Shown piece by piece: positions 19,650-31,900 of a stretch of DNA of 36,603 nucleotides. Position 1 is the stretch's first letter; each line of letters opens with the position of its first letter. A model generated the notes under the pieces. It worked only from the letters and a program-made list of their open reading frames with translations. It had not been told where the DNA came from and did not search any database. The stretch comes from Ascoidea asiatica JCM 7603 (Eukaryota; Fungi; Ascomycota), in assembly GCA_001600695.1 (NCBI GenBank), contig BCKQ01000003.1, positions 1 through 36,603 on the forward strand, in the 5' to 3' direction. Made by a program: the position numbers and the translations under genes.

Positions 19650-22600
19650 AGATGTACCTGGTGCTTCAAGTAAAGAATAATACAATTAATTTTGATTTAT
19701 TGGGTGAGCAAAGACCTCCAATACCACTGATTTTTAATTAAGTATATTAAAATTTTTAATTATAAAACGAAGAAAACTTAGGATTACGAATCTGCATATT
19801 GTAAATTTTTATCTGTAAGTTCTGGCCAGTATAAGATAACAGAGTATAGATCCAAAAGATAAACAGTCTCTTCGACTTTGTGCTTGGTGTAGGGGAGAAT
19901 CTGCTTTTAAAAATCTTACTAATTTCAGTACTCAAACGAAACGTAGTAATAGTGGCCTATGCGGAACTGTTTTTTATTATTTTATTATTGGAAATCTATA
20001 ATACTACTAACTCTGATAGTTGCGGATAACCATAATTACAGACATTTCAAAGTACTAGCGCTTTACAACAATATGGTAAACACAATATTAGGAATTATGT
20101 ATATACAGTAAAGGATAAGTAAATGTAATCTTGGATAACAATACTTCTACTGATTAAACTGTTGAAAGGTACATGATCCTTATGTAAGAATACTTAGTTT
20201 CAATGTCTACATTAGCGCTTGAAAAGTCTATATTGTCACTCTAAGAGAATGGTCAGTCCTTCCCAAATCAATTATGGAAAATGTAATGGTAATTTTTATA
20301 ACAGGGATAATGTTTGTTCGAAATCAATATGGTCTATTTTCTTTTTTTTTTATTAAATATTTTGCTATACTATTTCAACTGGGACATAAATCAATTTATT
20401 AGAAAAGTAAGATAAAAGGTATTGATTCCGTGGTTTATTTTATTTAACAACTCTTTAACTTTGAAACTAATGACAATAACTACTAGTATATTTTTCATTT
20501 CCATAGATTATTTTTAGTAGATATTTCCTATTACAAATATATATTTTTTTGGTACGTTTTACAGCTGTTATTACTTTGCTACTCAAAGCTATGCGTCATA
20601 TATTATTTGTGTACTACCAGTCAATCAAATTGTCCACCAACATAGCCATTATTCTTATATTGGTGGTGGTTCCACTCACTCTACCAATTGTATTGATAAT
20701 AATTAAGATAATTACTGTAATTCCTTATATTGCTCTCAGTGCGAAAACCACTTTATTTTATAAACAACTGAGTATCAACATTTGTTCTATCCGAATGGTA
20801 AAAAATGTTAACCTCTCCAGTAAAAAAGCTGGTAAACGGATACTATACAACATAGAGCTAAAAGCAAACTATTTGTTAACTTTTAAATAGGGGTGCTGAT
20901 ATTTTGCGAACAAGGGATTGTTTTTTTTTGAAATACATCACTATATCTACTGAAAAAATAAGCTGCGACCTATGTTATTATAAAACCAGTCAAAAATGTA
21001 AACTGAGTAATTGCTGTGTAGTTACCTTGCAGCAAAATTTATCCAACATTGTAATGTTGGAGTTTGCCAATACCCACGTGTTCAGATTGTGAAATATATT
21101 TTATTTAAATTTTATAACGGCTCAATTCTTTTGTAGCTGTTTATTGACAATTAGTTGTGAGTCTGGGAATGCACCTCTTTTCAGTTGCATGATGTATCCG
21201 GTTTCAGAGTTTCATGTGTCGCGTTAAATTTAAATTCCGCGCTACTTTATATTTTGATACATTTTTTATTCAATTTCAGCTAAATTCTATTTATACATTG
21301 AATGGTAACTCCAACCCGCTATAATTAAATGTTTCGATGGAACTACTGTCAATAATGTTTTACCAAGTTTATTCCTTTGAATAAATATATGCGGATGTAA
21401 CGCTGGGGCCAGAATTGACAATTTTCAAGCTTTTTTCCGTACTTGCTGGCTGAAAACATATGGCGGGATGAATTGTTTTAGAACACGGTAATTAGGAACT
21501 TCGCTTTCACTAGTAAAACCAATGAGAGACTCGGCTGATGCGGTGCCACCACAATGTTGGCACAGATCGTCCGTCACTAAATGACAATACGAACCCTCTT
21601 GCACTTGAACTATGATTGAAATAACGGAGGGTAACTGGGGGTACCTGAATTCCTGATGAGATAGATTTCTATTTCTCTCCAATATATGAAATATGCTCAC
21701 AATTTATTTCTGATTACACAGAAAATGCAAAGTGAGAGTAAATATTCAGAATTTCACTTATTATCCAAGTTTTTAATGTTTAAAAGTTGGAGTAAGTAAG
21801 ATATCTAATAAGATAAATTAACAGTAATTAAACTTAACGAGGGAATTGTGCAAATGTTCTGTTAAAAAAAATATCTTATGAGATATAATGTTTCAAACTT
21901 TTTCCATTTCTAAATCAATAATCTGTAATTCCATGATCATATTTGTTACAAATAAATAAGAAGTTTTAAAATGAAATATAACGTTTACCGAAGTAGCTTT
22001 ACTGTGAAAATAATTTGTATTTTAATTAAACTTAATTAATTTTTTCAAGTTAGTAGAATGAAATATTGTTAGTAAGTATATTGCAATTACTGGTCACAAT
22101 ATACTTTACTATAATCTTAACAATAAATTCAGTAAATAAATAGTTAGTAATTTAAAAAATTAAATAAATAATATCATATGGGTCTGAGTAGTTTACTTAA
22201 ATTGTAATAACTTTAAATCCAATTACCAATGGTTTGATGTTGTAGCTAAGCTACCATACTTTGGGAATATATAAGGATAATTGTTTGTCAGATCTTATCA
22301 TTGATTTCTCTCAATTAGTGAAAATAATAAATTCATGGAGAAACAATATAATATAAAGCTAGTAGTACTGGATTGACAACTGTGTACAGCTTGCATGTTT
22401 TCGTCCCTGCATCTTGTGCTTAATAAATTATTACAAAATAAAGTTTATACAACCACTTTTAGACCTCATACTGTACTTACTATTGTTTGGCGCTTCTCCT
22501 TGTATGTAAATTATGAAGATGAGTCTCTAAATGAATAGCAAAGGCATATTTTAAGTACTATATTTGTCTTGCTATATCATAGTTTTTGAGACCCATTGGA

Positions 22601-25600
22601 CTCTATATGTTTGTTCTGCGGTAATATTAGTAAGCGAACATAACTTAAATCCATTGGTACTTTATTTCGAACAAATAAGATTTCCTATTACACTTTCTAG
22701 AGTTTAAAATTTAATTTAGAACTAATATTTGAAATGGCAGGCTCTCTGAATTAACAAAATGTTGGATGGTTTAAATCCTGTTAATTTAGAATAATCAAAC
22801 GTGTATTGTTTTTATTTTTCATTGATAAATTTAAGAAACCTTACTGCTGGTATACTGATAGGGTTTTCCTAAAAATGAATATTTAGAAAGATTAATTTAA
22901 AAACTAAATTTTATTATTTTCTGTAAATTATGTCTGACTGCTCGATATATTATATAATTTACCGTGATTAACAATTTTCTGTGTCTTTTGACAATCACAG
23001 AAGTTGAGTTTCAGTTCAATTGAAATTTCAATCTCACCATATGAGTTGTTATCAGAACACCATAGCAATGGAGCCAAAGGACCTCCAAAATAAATGTTTT
23101 TTATTTTCCAAAGGGAATATCTGATGTGGCTGAGAAAATGGTCCTTGAATACTTTTCAGGTTAATTGAATACCAAAGGGGAAAAATTATTAGAGTAATTC
23201 ATAGGATCTTGTAGATAAAGTATATATAAAAACCTATAATTTTGGTAGTTATGGGACAGCAACTAGTATAATCATTTAAATATGTGGGTATGTTTTAATG
23301 CTATTAACTTCTGGCTTTTTTATCTTTTTATTATTTCCATTTTCAGGTCTCGAAGATTAATTTTGGACGTATATTTATTATTTGGATACAATAAATTTTT
23401 AATATCAGTTTATAGAGGAAGAAGTGTTGCATAAGTATTTGGTTATATGACACAATTTGGCATGATACTTCGGAAGTACTATTGAATCCCTGTGTCACCG
23501 GATCATTTTCTGTTAACATATTGAATATTGTATTTGGTGGAGACATCCCATTAGTAACATTATGAAGTAGAAAAAAAATTTTCGATTGTTTGAAATTCAC
23601 TTTTAATCCAGTAAAACTATCTAAATGTTTGTCATTTTTAAATTTTTTTTTGGGGTCCCTGATTCTATATAGATAGCTTTATTGTTTGAAATACTGTTCG
23701 AACTTAATTTAAAAATAATATTTGTATTCAAAATTTTGAATAATATCTTACTTTCTAACGATCAAGTCAGTAGGCACAGGTGCTATAGTTATTAGAGCAT
23801 CATCATTCAAACGTTGGATTGAATTCACTGTTAAGGCGTTAGGTACAGGAACTTTAGTGGGACCAGTTGAACAATCAGCTGAATAATTTGTAACATTATT
23901 GGAAGTATACCAGGTCGTTCAGTTAGTTAGCATTTTAATCAGTAGCTATTATTTCTTTCTGTTAATAATGCAATATATAAGCGGAAAAATTATTTGTGAG
24001 CTACTGCCTACTGATGATTCCAACTATGGAAAGAGAATCTTTATTTTGATAATTAAACTTAAAACAATGAACTATTTCTTTATAAAACCAGTCATCCATA
24101 AAGCATTACTACACCTGAACCGTGCTAAATACAGTATTGGTATTCTGCTTTTTATATAATTTTTATAAAATTGAATTTAAATTTCTAGGATTAGTTTTGA
24201 TTCAACTATCCTTTAACCAATTTTTATTAAAATTTCTAATAAATAAATTCTAAATATTTCAAGAAATTTTAGTCCATTCATTAGTTTGCTGAACTTTAGG
24301 CCTTTTTGAAAGTGTACCTTTACAACCAGGATTTATATTTAATACACTTATATTTTGAGTTATGCCCTAAGGGCTAAATTATGTCTAACGGGTTTTCATA
24401 AGTAATTTTCCTGAAAATTTGCTTTTTGCTGCCTTCTACAGTCTTTTACAGCATTAAGTTAATGGTATAGTTTAGGATTTATCACAAACGTAAACTCCTA
24501 ATGTTAAGTTGTACCTGGAATGTCTGACTACCAATATCTGAGGCCGTAGCAAATTGTAGTTTGATGCTTGTACTTTTAGGTAAACCTCTAGCAGACACGT
24601 CAGTAAAGCATAGGGTATTACTACACTGTTGGATTCTGCTCTATTGACATATATTCATTTGGTTCTCCATATACTTCCACTTACTACGAAATGATAATTG
24701 TTTCTGCGGCCCGCTGGTTTTTAATTGTTTTATATATCTATGTCTTGAACTAAAAGTGTAACTTTGTATCACATTTAATAATTTTGCGGTAGATTTTTAT
24801 AACATTGATCTATTATGCAGATGTTAGATATTGTTTTTGGGGATTAATTGAAGCTGAACCTTCTGGGAGTATAGAAATGATTTTTAATTTTTTTCTGTTT
24901 GAAGTATGAGGCGCCTATATGGCTAAGAAGCGTCCTTCGCTCCATACTCATAACCTCAATCATATTACACAAAACAGTAGCCCGGCTGTTAGCAGCTTAA
25001 TAGGATTTAAAAAAATTATTTGGATTATATTGACCTTTTTGATCCTCTTCATAAAAGACCTTACTGATATAAAAAGAAGATTTTGAGGTGGTACGTAGTG
25101 ATTCTGGCAGCATATAGGGGTCACTTGAAGTACGGACGTGTCAATATAGAGTACCGAATTTATTCGCCGATTTTCTATGTTTCTATGATGTTGGATATTT
25201 GAATTGGTTTTCGTTCCATTTTTCATTAGGATTTTAGTATTACTTATCTAATGAAAACCTGCCTTGTTCATATTAATGTTATTGGATTCTGCAGTACCAT
25301 ATCCACCATTAAATTCTGTAATTGACGTATTAGATCTTCTAACCATTTTAATATTTGTATTGTTAATATTAATATATGTGAAATTAATCATTTAAATCAA
25401 CATACTTAAATATTTCTGCTGTAACATTGTTATTCATTCGGGATATTATTCATTGAATATAGAGCTGGAAATTTACTTTCGAATTCAATTCTACCAAGTT
25501 CTTAATATAGTATTCAGTGATGCACTAACTTCTGTTGTTGGATGCTGAAGAAGGTCTAACTGATGTGTACATTATATAAAACGTTCCGATCCACTAAAAA

Positions 25601-27320
25601 ATTTTCAATAAAATCAGATTTTGAAAGTAACTGTTCTTACTCTTTCAAGATTGCTACCATCATTTTACTACATAGATTTTTGTCACCAAAATTAAACAAG
25701 TTGATATGATTACCTGTACTATAAAAGCACTGGTTACTAGGATTACAAGTTGACTAATTAAAATATTAATTCAACTTAGTATTCCGAGATGTCGGTGGTA
25801 TATTCAATATTTGGGGTTCGTTACAGGTTATCATAGTCACGAAAAGTATTATACCCCTTGACATTGTAGCTTTTATGTTCTTATTAGTATAATTATTGAA
25901 TTTAATGCTCGGAATTCGAGAGCTTGAAGTAAGTTCTTTCGTCGAAACCGCATTCACTTCAATCAAAATGGTATTGGACTCTAAAAAAATAAAAATAGGT
26001 TTAATTTTATCTGAAGCTTTTTGCATAGTATTAGAATTAAATGATGAATATTGCATGTTTTTCAATTATAGAATTGTAACTATAATTTGGCTCAGACAAT
26101 TGTTTTTGTCGTATTTCCGTGTTTCAATTCGTTATTTATGTCATGATTTCGTCTGTTACAAACAATGCATATGTTGCAAAAGAAGTTCCACATATATGGA
26201 TTTGATTTTTATGCGAAACCTGTAATGAACACTAATTGGTCAATCCGCATTAGGTGTCTTTACCAATCAATTCGTAGGATTTATCCCATTTATATAAATC
26301 AGTAGTCCCTTAATTATTAGAATTAATATTAATTCTAAGAATTAAGCAATTAGAAATATATAGCTTCATTAAATACTTTGACAATATTAAATATCATCTA
26401 GATAGACCTATCAATTACAAAACCTTACTTTCTTTAATAATGATTCTAAAACACCTTGCCTTTGTAAAAAGCAATTTAAATGTTCCATGTTATAATTATC
26501 TTTAGGAATTAAAGTTGCTAGTTTTTTTCTTAAAATTTCCACTTATCGGAGAAGGAAAGCAAAATTTTTTGCTGGAATATGAAGTTGGTTTATTTTCTGT
26601 TTTGTTAAATTAAAATAATAATTCGGTAAGTTTAAGCTCGTGTCTTTCGGTGGTGGTTGGTTTTCTTATCTAATCTTATTGTTCAATAAGTATTTTATAG
26701 AATTGAACTTTTAGTTTTAATAGTTCAACGTTCAATTCGATTTTAAAGGCAGTTTGGGTTTGTGATTTTGTTTAATCAAAATCACTTTCCAAATTTTTTG
26801 TTAGTATGTTTTTCTTTTAATTTGTGTGTGTTTTTGTTTTCCAACCGAATTTTAATTTTATTTTTCAAATTAGTTTGGTTTTCAATTAGTAGAACTAAGT
26901 TGGAATTTGTTTCTTTTGTTTAAATTTTTTTTTTTATATTTGGTTTTCAATTATCTTAGTCTGTTTTCAATAATTGGTTTATATTATCTACATTTTTAAT
27001 ATTATTATTATTGTTTATTATTACTTTATTTACTAATAATACAAAGCTTTTTTTTAAGATCACCTTTTAACTCTAAGGGTGTTTGAAATGCCGGTTTTCG
27101 GTCTTCTCGAAGACGATAAATTCTTCTGCTTACTTGTGTAAATTAAAAGTTTTTGAATTCTTCTAATACTCACTATCTCACTCAGAATTTCAATTCACCA
27201 GTTAGGAATGATAGCTACAGTTTATGATAAGACTAAAAAGATTTGCACTCCTCCTTACCATGTAATTATACCGCTACGTTAATATTCAATACCGATACAG
27301 CGCTTTATCCAGGCCGATAA
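19650..27320 (-). mobile_element. Degenerate full-length L1-like non-LTR retrotransposon (LINE A)
   Basis: A-rich 5' leader (26640-27050). ORF1 with decayed knuckles CFYSTGNH and CSK..GSN (25650-25730). APE endonuclease IDTSVLQVT (~DxxxLQET), TAGLLF, SEGRFLAI, NHFYTP, FVVSG, PLDII (24380-25230). RT KSIQGP...LFW..LAPLL (~23060-23160), SDPYDIII (~AYADD, ~22180), SYLFV, SGLELP (~GGLGLP, ~21310). C-terminal PY....EETVYLL finger (~19860-19900). Confidence 0.75.
21396..21718. mobile_element. Solo LTR (323 bp, gypsy-like termini) inserted in LINE A ORF2
   Basis: Begins TGTAA and ends TTACA. Flanks are CGGA and CAGA (4-bp TSD, one mismatch). It is more GC-rich than its flanks, and removing it restores the usual YLG-to-GGLG spacing of L1 ORF2. 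Confidence 0.7.
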
Positions 27321-27899
27321 CCCTTTTTTTCTTTTATCCAATCCTTAGTGGAAACTGGCGCTGCAATTTCATGCCCAGTGGTAAAATGAAATTATCAAAT
27401 CTTTGAATTCATTATACCAATTACGGTCTATAGGGTTGGTGGCGCTTCTGAAAAGGGCTATACACATCAAAAATAATATAATGGAATCTATACTATATAA
27501 TAAATATAGTGGGAAATAAGGAATGGAAAAAATATTAAACTAAATGTGTATTGAGTCCTAGAATTAGTAAATTTAGATATTGTTATACGGTAAAATTTAC
27601 AATAATTCTAAGCTCATACAAGGAAGAGCTACAAAATTTATAAACTTGAACGGAAGGAATAAATTTATATAGTTTTTGTTGTCTTGTAGTATGTTATAGG
27701 ACCCTTGCATAATTCCACTGTCGCAATTGGAAGAAAGTTACAGTAAAAAGAAAATAATAATTGCTAAATATTCATTAGTTGAATAATGGGTTCTATAATA
27801 AAAAAGTTTTAGAGATCTCGCCAATAAGAGGAAAGCCTGTTGATTACGTGTATTGGGTGGTAGTAAACAAATGATATTGAATTGTTTAAAATGTCTTAT

Positions 27900-28990
27900 A
27901 ATGTTTTCTGATTTGAAATACAGAAAAGAAAACTCCACTTGGAATTTTGAAAAAGAGCATGATGAATTCCTGTCTTACCGTTCTTCCATTTGTTATATGT
28001 GTCTGATCTAAAAAATTCATTTGTAATATTAGGGACTTGTGATGTGGGACACTGAGACGCCATTCAGATCTAATAATAAGGAGTTATAATGTCATATAAA
28101 GCATTAACATCTCTTGAAACTCTTTTATTGATTACTTCATCAGGGTAAACAGGACTGGTTTGGAAATACGTTGAATAATCTTGTTCTGACAATGTGAATG
28201 AGGAATTAGCTAGTTTTTTATTTAGTTCATTTTTTGATTCACGAACTTTCCTATCAGTAGGGTCAAGGAGCCAGTTATCGTTTACGATAGTCCAAGTGAC
28301 ACCTTTTACCCAAAGTTTAAACATTTGAATCTAACTTAAATTCTTTAAGAATACTAATTCATGACTTTAAGATAATTCATTAATTAGGAATAAAACTTGA
28401 TATTTATAACCTCCTTTATGAGATAGAGTATTGATTGTTATGTGGTAAGAAGGAACTAAATCTTTTGGCTTTGCAACAGGTTCTACTAAAAACAATTTTC
28501 GTAATGCTAATATTGCAGCAAAATCATCTTTTTCAATTTTGGGATTCGTGACCGCTATTATTGAATATTCCTTTATTCCAATTAAAAGTTCAGCTTCAGA
28601 CCCGAAAAAGAAGAACTTCCGATCAAATGGTGGATTATTTTTGTCGGATCGTGGAAAGACATCACGTTTTTGGCGTATCGTCAAATTTATTTGAGCAGAG
28701 GAATAGAATGATATTTTTATCAGTTCTGGTTTTACATAATAAAGCAATAAATTGTAGATCGATAGAACTGAGTATTCTTTGGATAGAAGGTTCAGTACTT
28801 GATACTTGTCCTTCGAAGATAATTCGAATGATCATTCCTTTAAATATTTCTATTTTGGTTTGAAGGTATTGTCTTGAATCGACAACTGTTCTTGTTTCGA
28901 TAATATTTTTCAAATTGGGGATAATTGGTCGTGATTTAAACTGTAACATTGGAGGTGCATATGAGTCACTGTATGAGCAGTCATAATCAC
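27900..28990 (-). pseudogene. Interrupted ~350-codon coding region downstream of LINE B CCHC finger; RNase H-like
   Basis: ORFs 28662..28949, 28367..28747 and 28070..28324 join with one frameshift and in-frame stops (the last two share a frame). Ordered motifs: IRIIFEG, EAELL or DFAAILAL, HITINTLS, FKLWVKG (WVKG at 28301-28312). Confidence 0.5.
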
Positions 28991-31900
28991 TTTTGATTAG
29001 GGCTTATTGAAAATACTTGTTTGTATCTTCTTCTTGTTCTTCAATTCTGGGTGTATATTCAAAGATGGATGAAGGGTTTCTTTTTATCTGCGATTTATTT
29101 GTTTTTTAACAGAGGCAATGTTGGAGTTCTTTGGAAGGTGAGTACTCTGATTCAGATTCGTTCTCTGTATCTGTTGCTGGTTCTTTGGCGAATCATGATT
29201 TTGTTTTTCTGTTGGTTGATCATCCTGATCTTCTACTCACTGATCATGTTAAGTTTCCGTGGGTTGATTTTGTTCCGCTGGATTTTCAGTTGGTGGATGA
29301 CTGGTTGTGGGATTTGTTGGTTGTACCTTGTCTGCAAAATACATCTGTTATATGTAAAGCTCTTAAATTCTTTTATTTATTGCGGTTATCTGACTTTATT
29401 TTATTAATTGTTGATAGCCAGTTTTATCTCTTTGAATGCTTTATTGTTTTGGCTTAACCTATATATGAAATCGACAGCAAATAGATATATTGGTTCGGCA
29501 TAGATTATAATTTTCCGTAGGATATTTGGGGTTAAAAGGGATGTTGTCTATCGATGTATTTGATTTATTGAGGTACTTGGTAGATCACTTTTGCTATTGG
29601 GTTGTCAGAGGTGTGAGAACGTATACTCAAACGGTCTAGGCAGGGGACTTGAACGTGTCACAGTATGTGTTACATTACGCCTTCATTTGAACAGGTGATA
29701 ACAATAGCTTCTTTCAAATTCAAGCCATATAAGGTAGACAGCAAGGAATATCTAAAATTGACGGTACTCTAATTAATGAGTACTAAGTAACAAGGCATCT
29801 CGGCTGTCGATTGAATTGATACATAGCTTTGGGACGTAAGTTTCCCGTTTAATATTTCAGTAAAATAATTGACCAAAATATTGGAGCTATTAATATTCCC
29901 TTCGTATTCTGTATTAGAAAGAGGGACCTTTTCGGTAGCATCATCATCACTAAAATGGGTAACAGCAAGCCATAATTAAAACTTGCAATTTACTTGAAAC
30001 TTTAAAATGTTTTAATTTGTTGCGATTGCATAGGCTCGTCAACGCTCCATTCGGGGTTTTTCCTCTGCTTTCGTTTAGATGGGTTAAAGTAACTAAATGA
30101 AACTATGAGCTTCTGTTTAACTGGAGGTCGATTCTAATGAAACCAGCATTTAACGGCCAAAAAGGAGCAGTATTATTACTAGTACAAATTTTCTAAGGAA
30201 ACGGTATGGTCCTTTGAAGGCAACAGTTAGACTGTTTGGGGTTCTCAAATGTTCTTCAATAGGGGAATTGATATATCTTTGCTACCCACTAAATATCTTG
30301 ATTATAGGAAATCCATCGTATTTGGTGAAATTTTTAGCTCCGTTGTAAATAGGGTAGGCAGAGTATTAGGATACTTAACAGATGGGAAACTAAATGTGTA
30401 AATTTGTTGTTCAGTTGTAAATGTTGTATCTTTTACAAAATTGAGTTACTCAAATTTGTAATTTATCTCTGAACTTGTATTTTTGTTTATTGATCCTCTG
30501 CGTGCTTGGTAAAAACATGTGTTGTGTACTAATAAACCTGATCACAACAAAAACTTTAGTTGATTATAGTAGTTTCACTGATTTTAGGGTTTCTAGTTTG
30601 GGGTGAGTTAAAAGGGGTAATATTTATAAACGTGTGTAGAACTCACCACTCCTAATTCTCATCTAGATATGTAAAGCACAAAATTAGAGTGAATTTAGAC
30701 TACTACTAAGTGAAAGCAGAAACTTGTAGACGGTTCCACGAAGCTTAAATTAAAGTTGTTAGACCAGCATCTTGTATCGTGATGAATATCTATTATCCGA
30801 ATGACTACTCAAAAATGTTATGATTGTATAATAATAATCGAGTTATGGCTCGTTATGCAGGATTATGTTGGTGTAAGCAAGCCCAAAATTTAGGATTCAT
30901 AGAAGCTATCGCAAAGCAAGAAACGTGGGATTAAACATTTTCCATGAGTAATGATACTTAAAGCGACTTAATTAACTAGTAGTATAATCAGTCTTCATAC
31001 GGAAGTGTGATATGCACAGTAAGGATATATTTTGTTTTTTCAATGGTCACACTTTATATCTATAACTCTCACAGTCTGTACGTGATCCTAGGAGATGTTT
31101 AGGAATCGGATGAGTAGTTTTCTCGTACCTTCGTATTTAGTAACGTTGTCCAATAACTTACTTACAAAACAATGACAATAAAACATTAGTTATTTTTTAA
31201 AACTGAAAAGGTGAATCTTTGAAATTGCTTCGGTTATAATTTTCCATTTTCATTAACTTGCTAGTAATCCCACGTTGAGGGTACACAAAATATTAATTCC
31301 TCAACTGATTCTCACCAGTTGCTTGTAGCAAGAATATTATTACATTATATCAATATGTTTCTGGTCGGGAACTTTTTGATGATTTCCAATGCGCGCCTAA
31401 GTTTGGCATATGAGCCACAACCATAATTTACAAAACAAATTTTGAAAAATAAAAGAGGACCAAGCCACAAACAATTCACTTTTTTCTTTAATTGCGGACT
31501 CATTTTAATTTAACGTAGGGGTCCTAATGTAATATATAAGTATATATTCAGGAGGCTAGGAATGATTGAATGGGTAAAAGCTTTTACCGTCAAATTGACT
31601 AGTATTTAAGACTCCGGCCTCCGAGGATTTGCTAAATATGGTTATTTCCTGAAAGTAAATTATGTAGGAGAGAAGTGTTTAAACTTACAATCATCCCCCT
31701 GCTGGTGTAAGCCACCTTGGACTGAATTTCTCCATTTATATTAACCATTGCAATCATTTCTAGCAAAATTAACCTTCAAATCCATAATTTTGTGATTACA
31801 TCATGATTATTTGTTACATCCGAAATAAGTTCATATTTTTTTTCTGACAAAACTTGGTCGAATTTATAACTGCAACTCTGGGTTGAGTTTAATCTACATG

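Noticed and set aside
21640-21700. CTGATGAG plus hairpin in the solo LTR as a hammerhead ribozyme (retrozyme)
   Set aside because: Stem II is not followed directly by GAAA, and no stem I/III pairing with a UH site could be built. The CTGATGA copies near 9412 and 24011 fail in the same way.
24947-24955. GGTTATGAG match to the half-tRNA PBS
   Set aside because: It lies between colinear endonuclease motifs of LINE A with no LTR or gag next to it, so it is treated as chance. The weaker look-alikes near 13068 and 29455 are treated the same way.
29021-29457. Two plus-strand hydrophobic ORFs (128 and 108 aa)
   Set aside because: They are antisense shadows of the Pro/Gln/Thr/Glu-rich linker on the minus strand.
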